DNA of 5,568 nt, from the NCBI GenBank assembly GCA_005191425.1, contig SUPR01000168.1:1-5568 (forward strand). The letters are read 5' to 3'. This DNA comes from Candidatus Helarchaeota ASGARD archaeon Hel_GB_B (GTDB lineage Archaea; Asgardarchaeota; Lokiarchaeia; Helarchaeales; HEL-GB-B). A program made the position numbers and the translations under genes. Of the stretch, positions 1 to 4,641 are shown piece by piece; within the stretch, counting starts at the first letter, position 1; each line of letters begins with the position of its first letter. The notes below the pieces were generated by a model. The model saw nothing but the letters and a program-made list of their open reading frames with translations. It had not been told where the DNA came from and searched no databases.

Positions 1-101
1 CTATCTTCGTTGATTGCCACCACGAGATACCAAACACGTCCATTAATTTTAATAAACGTTTCATCGACTAAAAATAAGAAAATAAAATTTAAATCAATCA
101 T
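1..101 (-). mobile_element. Fragment of an IS6/IS240-like DDE transposase (first catalytic Asp motif), N-terminally truncated and running off the window edge; possible pseudogene
   Basis: Manual translation of the minus strand from ATG at 101 gives MIDLNFIFLFLVDETFIKINGRVWYLVVAINED. This matches the IS6-family pattern VDETYIK(V/I)xGxWxYLxxA(I/V)D. An in-frame TAA at 107-105 lies just upstream, so only 11 codons precede VDET. Confidence 0.7.
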
Positions 102-111
102 AATTTAAAGG

Positions 112-133
112 ACTCCAACGAAAAAATTGGAGT
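112..133. repeat. Short inverted repeat / hairpin ACTCCAA-N8-TTGGAGT
   Basis: 112-118 ACTCCAA is the exact reverse complement of 127-133 TTGGAGT, with loop CGAAAAAA. Function unknown. Confidence 0.5.
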
Positions 134-169
134 TGATACCTTGTATAATTAATAATGAAAATAAGTCTT

Positions 170-178
170 AAAAAAAAA
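170..178 (-). terminator. Putative archaeal oligo-T terminator (T9) of the peptidase gene
   Basis: A9 run on plus (T9 on minus) about 19 nt downstream of the TAA stop at 199-197. Archaeal intrinsic terminators are oligo-T tracts. Confidence 0.45.
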
Positions 179-196
179 GGTCGAATTTCGATTAAA

Positions 197-1078
197 TTAT
201 CTTGATATTGAAAAAACATAATTCAATGATAAAATAATATCTCCAAATACAATTAATATGATAAGATCTATTGTAAAAAAGATAATTAACGGTAATATTG
301 GATTAATCCAATAGCACCTTCTTTTTAATTGATTTTTTTCAAAGAAATTTTCGAGTCCAATTTTTATTTTTCTGTTATAGCTCAACAAATACTCGAAATT
401 GTTTTGATTTTCTTTTAATTTCTTTTTTCTATTTGTTCGGCTAAATCCAAGTTGAATTTTTAATTCTCCGTTAACAATTTTTTCCCTGACATAATAATAT
501 CGAAAATTGGTGTTATCAAAAGAAATACAAAAGCTGGAAAATAATATAACTAATTTTTTTAAGAAACTCAAATTCTCATGACCTTCAAAAAATATAGAAA
601 AATTAAAATGACATTTAAATAAATTTATGATGAAAATTATTAAAGAATAAAATATTAAAAGTAATCCCAAATTTAAATAGAATGATAATATCGGATACCA
701 AAATATTCTTGCTAAATAATCCAGGTTTTGTTTTATATAAATATCATTTATTGTTGGAATAAACAATGAAATGGAAAAAACAGCTTTAAAGTCTGCTCCA
801 CTAAAAAGTCCACTTTTATATAAAATAAAATTAATTACAAGTCCAAATAAAATCGAAGGCATTTGAAATAATAAAAATAATTGTCCTGTATTATATTTAA
901 AAATCTCAGATGGAAGAATATTTGTTAAAATGATTTTAATTATACCAAAAATCATTAGAAATATCCAATAATAATTAGAAATTGTCCTTCTTTTATAATC
1001 GTGTATTGATGTCAAAATTAATACAATAATAATCACAATAAACGAACTAATATTTAGAATTATAATTGAGCTAATCAA
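197..1078 (-). CDS. flaK: Archaeal A24-family prepilin/preflagellin (class III signal) peptidase, FlaK/PibD-like, 293 aa, TTG start
   Basis: Polytopic hydrophobic protein. First catalytic Asp in HD27YKRRTISN (DxKxRxIxN type), second in LFSGAD96FK (GGAD-type). Soluble insert followed by the C-terminal WINPILPLIIFFTI...FGD segment typical of archaeal FlaK/PibD. SD-like AAGGT upstream. Confidence 0.85.
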   Translation of the reverse strand: MISSIIILNISSFIVIIIVLILTSIHDYKRRTISNYYWIFLMIFGIIKIILTNILPSEIFKYNTGQLFLLFQMPSILFGLVINFILYKSGLFSGADFKAVFSISLFIPTINDIYIKQNLDYLARIFWYPILSFYLNLGLLLIFYSLIIFIINLFKCHFNFSIFFEGHENLSFLKKLVILFSSFCISFDNTNFRYYYVREKIVNGELKIQLGFSRTNRKKKLKENQNNFEYLLSYNRKIKIGLENFFEKNQLKRRCYWINPILPLIIFFTIDLIILIVFGDIILSLNYVFSISR

Positions 1079-1086
1079 TTTGAATT

Positions 1087-1091
1087 ACCTT
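1087..1091 (-). promoter_or_regulatory. Shine-Dalgarno-like AAGGT for the peptidase gene
   Basis: The minus strand reads AAGGT-aattcaaa-TTG, an 8-nt spacer to the TTG at 1078. Confidence 0.5.
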
Positions 1092-1351
1092 AAAATTGAA
1101 TAAATTGAAATTTAGGTTTTTAATTAATACTTTTTTAATTTCAAAAATATAAAAAAATGTTCCATTAATTTATTTTAAATTTACATAAAAAGTTCTACAT
1201 TTTAATTGATATAGAGAGAAAAAAAATAAGAAATTAAATTATAAGAAATGTCCTTTTTTGATACAAGTTAAATAAATTTATATTTTTTAAAAAATTGTTA
1301 AAAAATTCTATTCAATAAGTATTGCTGGAGTTATCCTTGTGATTATTAAAA

Positions 1352-1359
1352 TTATATAA
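1352..1359 (+). promoter_or_regulatory. Putative TATA box (TTATATAA) of the RNase III gene
   Basis: TATA-like octamer preceded by an A-run, about 30-37 nt upstream of ATG 1389. Weak evidence because the background is very AT-rich. Confidence 0.3.
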
Positions 1360-1388
1360 ATATGTATGTGGGGATATAATTAAATGAA

Positions 1389-2204
1389 ATGTTTAACTTT
1401 AAAAAAATGATATCAGATTCTTTAGAAAATAAAATTTTAAATTGGTTAAGGAGCAATGAAATAATAATCGAAGAAAATCAGTTAGATAACTTTATTGCTG
1501 CTTTTACTCATCCTTCATATACAAGTTTCGGGCTGGCATCAAATGCAAATGATTTTGAGCGTCTTGAATTTTTAGGTGATGCGGTATTGGGTTTAGCAAG
1601 TGCTCATATATTATTAACCCAACTGAGTGGCTCAGAGGGGGTATTGACCGAAGCAAGAAAAAAGTTGGTTAATAATAAAACATTATCAAAACTTTTTGAT
1701 AAATTAGAAATAATTGAATTGGTCCGAATAGTTAAAGATGGTGAATTATCCGCAAGAATTAAAGCAAGTTTTGTAGAAGCTTTTTTTGGAGCATTATTTT
1801 TAGAGTTTGGTTATGATAAAAGTAAAGAAATATGGGAAAAATTTAAAAAATATATTGAAAAAGACCAAAATATTCAATTAATTACATCCGATAGAGCAAA
1901 ATTAGATAGTGATAATTTAATTGATATTAACAAGGAGTTGGGAATTGGTATAAAAAATGCCAAATCAGTTTTACAGGAATATTGTCAAAAAAGAGGATTA
2001 GAAACTCCAAAATATGAAGTAATAAAAAAAGAAGGGCTAGAACATAGACCAATTTTTTATGTTAAAGTTTTATGCTCCAAATCTAAGAGTGACCCTTCAG
2101 AACAAGAAATTGCATATGGTAAAAGTTCCAAAAAAAAGACCGCTGAGATCAAAGCGGCTGAAGCTTTATGTGACAAACTTCAGTTAAAATATTATTCTGA
2201 TTGA
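1389..2204 (+). CDS. rnc: Ribonuclease III (class I: endonuclease domain plus C-terminal dsRBD), 271 aa; alternative start ATG 1407
   Basis: THPSY motif, signature ERLEFLGDAVL (E57, E60, D64), EGxLTxxR (E83), ASFVE130AFFGALFLE. dsRBD NAKSVLQEYCQKRGLETPKY...EGLEHRPIFYVKV...GKSSKKKTAEIKAAEAL. Confidence 0.95.
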   Translation: MFNFKKMISDSLENKILNWLRSNEIIIEENQLDNFIAAFTHPSYTSFGLASNANDFERLEFLGDAVLGLASAHILLTQLSGSEGVLTEARKKLVNNKTLSKLFDKLEIIELVRIVKDGELSARIKASFVEAFFGALFLEFGYDKSKEIWEKFKKYIEKDQNIQLITSDRAKLDSDNLIDINKELGIGIKNAKSVLQEYCQKRGLETPKYEVIKKEGLEHRPIFYVKVLCSKSKSDPSEQEIAYGKSSKKKTAEIKAAEALCDKLQLKYYSD

Positions 2205-2239
2205 ATAATGTAATGTTTGATTTTAGGATTTTAATAATT

Positions 2240-2245
2240 AGGTGA
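2240..2245 (+). promoter_or_regulatory. Shine-Dalgarno AGGTGA for the C45 gene
   Basis: AGGTGA 9 nt before ATG 2255; matches the archaeal SD core GGAGGTGA. Confidence 0.7.
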
Positions 2246-2254
2246 AATAAAAAA

Positions 2255-3424
2255 ATGGTGAAATTTATTCATGTAAAAGGAAATTTTTATGAGATGGGAA
2301 TACAACAAGGTGAACAATTACCAATTAAAAAAGTAGTAAATAAAGTATTACATAGCGAAATTTTTCAAGAGGTAAAACCACGGTTTATTCCTACTTTTAT
2401 TATAAAGACGGTACTTGGTCTCTTAGCCAAATCAAATATTAAAAAAGCAATTAAAAAATATATTCCAAATCAGTTGGAAAGAATGAAAGGTATTGCAAAA
2501 GGGGCAAAAATTGGTATGAATTTACAATATGGACTACACTATATTGAGGTATTCACTGGTAATCCAAAATCCTCTTATTATATTCCTCCTACAGGTTGTA
2601 CAAAAATATTTGCAATACCTCCAGCTACGGCAGATGGGTCTATAATGTATGGACGCAATTATGATTTTCCCAATGTTCTCCAGCCATATCAAATGGTGCG
2701 GTTATCCGAGCCGGATGATAGATATAAGAATATTTGTATAACGCAATATCCTTTGGGTGGTACTCATATTGGTTTGAATAATAAAGGGTTAGCTGTAGGA
2801 ATAAATTATGCTAGGACTTGGGAAAAATATCCTGATGACTTTACGTTTAAGGGAATTCCTCCGACTCTTCTTGTTCAAGAAATGCTAGAAAATTGTAGTT
2901 CGGTTGACGAAGCAATAGAATTTATTACAAATTTTCCAGCTCGTTCTAATGCTCAACACTATGGAATGGCAGATAAATCTGGTAATGTTTGTGTAATAGA
3001 AACAACTCATAACGATTATTCCATTAGAAGGCCAGAAGATGGAATTTTAGCCCATACTAATACATTCCGTACTGAAAAATTTCTTGACCATAATGTTCCC
3101 GACAATCGTCATTGGAAGATGAAAAAAATGCGCCATATTCCATATATCAAATCTCCTAAGATGCGTTATGAAAGAGCTTATGAGTTATTATCTAAATTTA
3201 AAGGAAATATAACAATTGAAACTTTTAAAGAAATTTTGAGTGATCATTATTATCCCTCAAATTATAATGAAGATAACAAAGGTATACCTGATGATTTTAC
3301 TATTTGTAATCATGGTGAAACAGGAGTTACTCTTGCTTCAATAATAATAAGACCTAAAACTGGTCAATTTTTTGTTACAGATACGCAACCTTGTAAAACA
3401 AATTATGAAGAATTTAAAATTTAA
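2255..3424 (+). CDS. C45-family autoproteolytic Ntn acyltransferase/hydrolase (acyl-CoA:6-aminopenicillanic acid acyltransferase-like), 389 aa
   Basis: N-terminal GxxYEMGxQQG and ExMKGIAKGA alpha-subunit pattern. G114-C115-T autocleavage and nucleophile site (Cys codon 2597-2599) followed by TADG...GRNYDF, GLNNKGL, and HTNTF. Substrate unknown. Confidence 0.85.
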   Translation: MVKFIHVKGNFYEMGIQQGEQLPIKKVVNKVLHSEIFQEVKPRFIPTFIIKTVLGLLAKSNIKKAIKKYIPNQLERMKGIAKGAKIGMNLQYGLHYIEVFTGNPKSSYYIPPTGCTKIFAIPPATADGSIMYGRNYDFPNVLQPYQMVRLSEPDDRYKNICITQYPLGGTHIGLNNKGLAVGINYARTWEKYPDDFTFKGIPPTLLVQEMLENCSSVDEAIEFITNFPARSNAQHYGMADKSGNVCVIETTHNDYSIRRPEDGILAHTNTFRTEKFLDHNVPDNRHWKMKKMRHIPYIKSPKMRYERAYELLSKFKGNITIETFKEILSDHYYPSNYNEDNKGIPDDFTICNHGETGVTLASIIIRPKTGQFFVTDTQPCKTNYEEFKI

Positions 3425-3440
3425 AAAATAGAGATAAACA

Positions 3441-3446
3441 TTTTTT
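3441..3446 (+). terminator. Possible oligo-T terminator (T6) after the C45 gene
   Basis: T6 run 17 nt after stop 3424. Confidence 0.3.
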
Positions 3447-3470
3447 AAAAACATATAATAAAATTTTATT

Positions 3471-3478
3471 TTTATATA
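3471..3478 (+). promoter_or_regulatory. Putative TATA box TTTATATA of the SDR gene
   Basis: Exact match to the archaeal consensus TTTAWATA, 58 nt upstream of the TTG start, leaving room for an SD-containing leader. Confidence 0.45.
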
Positions 3479-3515
3479 AATTTAATAAAGATTGAACCTA
3501 AATTACTAAAAAAGT

Positions 3516-3520
3516 GAGGT
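3516..3520 (+). promoter_or_regulatory. Shine-Dalgarno GAGGT for the SDR gene
   Basis: GAGGT 8 nt before TTG 3529. Confidence 0.65.
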
Positions 3521-3528
3521 TAGTTTAA

Positions 3529-4314
3529 TTGTCAAATTTAGAAAAAAGATTATTGGGAAAAAATATACTAATAACAGGTGCAGGCGATGGTATTGGAAAA
3601 GCCATGGCACTTAGATTTGCCCGTGAAGGTGCTAATATTGCAGTAGTCGATATCAATCTTGAGAATGCGAATAAAACTGTCAATGAAATTTTAGAACTTG
3701 GTCAGAAATCAATAGCTATTAAGACAGATATCTCAAAAAGTGATGAAGTAAAAGAAATGGCTAAAAAGGTTTTTTCAAGTTTTGACCAAATAGACGTTTT
3801 AGTAAATAATGCAGGAATTGGCGCAAGTTATACCAGTATAATTCATACACCGGAAGAAACCTGGGACAGAATAATAAATGTAAATCTTAAAGGTAATTTT
3901 CTTGTATCAAAATATATCATAAGAAAAATGACAAAAAATAAAGCTCCAAAAGATAAATTAAAAGGTAAGGTAATAAACGTAGCTTCTATAGCAGGACGTA
4001 GAGGTAGAGCTGGATTGGGTGCATATAGTGCATCTAAATTTGGAGTAGTTAGTCTGACACAGACTTTAGCAAGAGAATTAGGTAGATATAGAATAACTGT
4101 TAATGCAATTTGTCCTGGATTGATTCATACAAAAATATATGGAAATATTTCAATAGAAGGACTTGCTGGTAGTAGTGATCCGGTTTCATTAATATATAAA
4201 CCTGTTGGTCTGCCTGAGGATGTGGCAAATGTAGCATTTTTCCTAGCCTCTTCAGATAGCGATTATATTAGTGGTCAATGTATTCCAGTTAGTGGTGGGA
4301 TGTATTTCATTTAA
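3529..4314 (+). CDS. Classical short-chain dehydrogenase/reductase (FabG-like fold, probably NAD(H)-preferring), 261 aa, TTG start
   Basis: T16GAGDGIG23 Rossmann motif, acidic D41 at the end of beta2 (NAD preference), NNAG 93-96, catalytic N119/S153/Y166xxxK170, NAICPG, C-terminal YISGQ. Confidence 0.95.
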   Translation: MSNLEKRLLGKNILITGAGDGIGKAMALRFAREGANIAVVDINLENANKTVNEILELGQKSIAIKTDISKSDEVKEMAKKVFSSFDQIDVLVNNAGIGASYTSIIHTPEETWDRIINVNLKGNFLVSKYIIRKMTKNKAPKDKLKGKVINVASIAGRRGRAGLGAYSASKFGVVSLTQTLARELGRYRITVNAICPGLIHTKIYGNISIEGLAGSSDPVSLIYKPVGLPEDVANVAFFLASSDSDYISGQCIPVSGGMYFI

Positions 4315-4327
4315 TTCCTACAAATTC

Positions 4328-4334
4328 TTTTTTT
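4328..4334 (+). terminator. Putative oligo-T terminator (T7) after the SDR gene
   Basis: T7 run 13 nt after stop 4314, followed by a T-rich tract. Confidence 0.45.
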
Positions 4335-4335
4335 A

Positions 4336-4460
4336 AATCAATTTAACTTTTAATCTTATTAATTGTCAAATTTTTCGATTTGCAAATAAAATGAATCAAT
4401 TTAATAAAATAAATAAATGATAAATAGTTTTATTAAAAAATAGAAAAAGATAATCAATTT
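4336..4460 (+). repeat. Three copies of AATCAATTT at exact 58-bp period
   Basis: Copies start at 4336, 4394 and 4452. The first two extend to AATCAATTTAA. The intervening sequences are unrelated. Confidence 0.4.
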
Positions 4461-4469
4461 TTCAAATAA

Positions 4470-4510
4470 TTTTTATTGTTATAAAATTTATCACTTATTT
4501 TTTATTGTTA
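4470..4510 (+). repeat. Direct repeat TTTTTATTGTTA x2, 29 bp apart
   Basis: Copies at 4470-4481 and 4499-4510, each followed by an AATT(T)ATC-like tail. Confidence 0.35.
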
Positions 4511-4627
4511 AATTATCCGATTTTGATAAAAGTAATTATTTTGAAAACAATCAAAAAAAGAAAAATTTAGATAGAATAAAAAATAAATACATCATTTAAT
4601 TACAACTATTTTAATTCAAATTCGATT

Positions 4628-4631
4628 GGAG
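4628..4631 (+). promoter_or_regulatory. Shine-Dalgarno GGAG for the LeuA-like gene
   Basis: GGAG 10 nt before ATG 4642. Confidence 0.55.
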
Positions 4632-4641
4632 TAAATAAAAA

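Noticed and set aside
69-101. MIDLNFIFLFL as a signal peptide or small membrane protein
   Set aside because: No basic N-region or cleavage motif. It is fused directly to a DDE motif and is most simply an AT-rich junction read in frame.
181-191. Palindrome TCGAA-T-TTCGA
   Set aside because: Only 5-bp arms, a single occurrence, and no supporting context.
1282-1295. Perfect palindrome ATTTTTTAAAAAAT (similarly AATAAAATTTTATT at 3457-3470 and ATTTGCAAAT at 4378-4387)
   Set aside because: Low-complexity A/T palindromes are expected by chance in these spacers.
1079-1388. tRNA, rRNA or a long RNase III substrate hairpin in the divergent intergenic region
   Set aside because: No cloverleaf, no GC-rich structured segment and no long inverted repeat were visible by eye here or in the other spacers.
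2255-3424. Penicillin biosynthesis call for the C45 gene
   Set aside because: No ACV synthetase or isopenicillin N synthase nearby. The family name reflects one fungal member only.
4336-4510. CRISPR-array interpretation of the 58-bp periodic motif
   Set aside because: The repeat is only 9-11 nt with three copies, the spacers are extremely AT-rich, and no cas gene is in the window.
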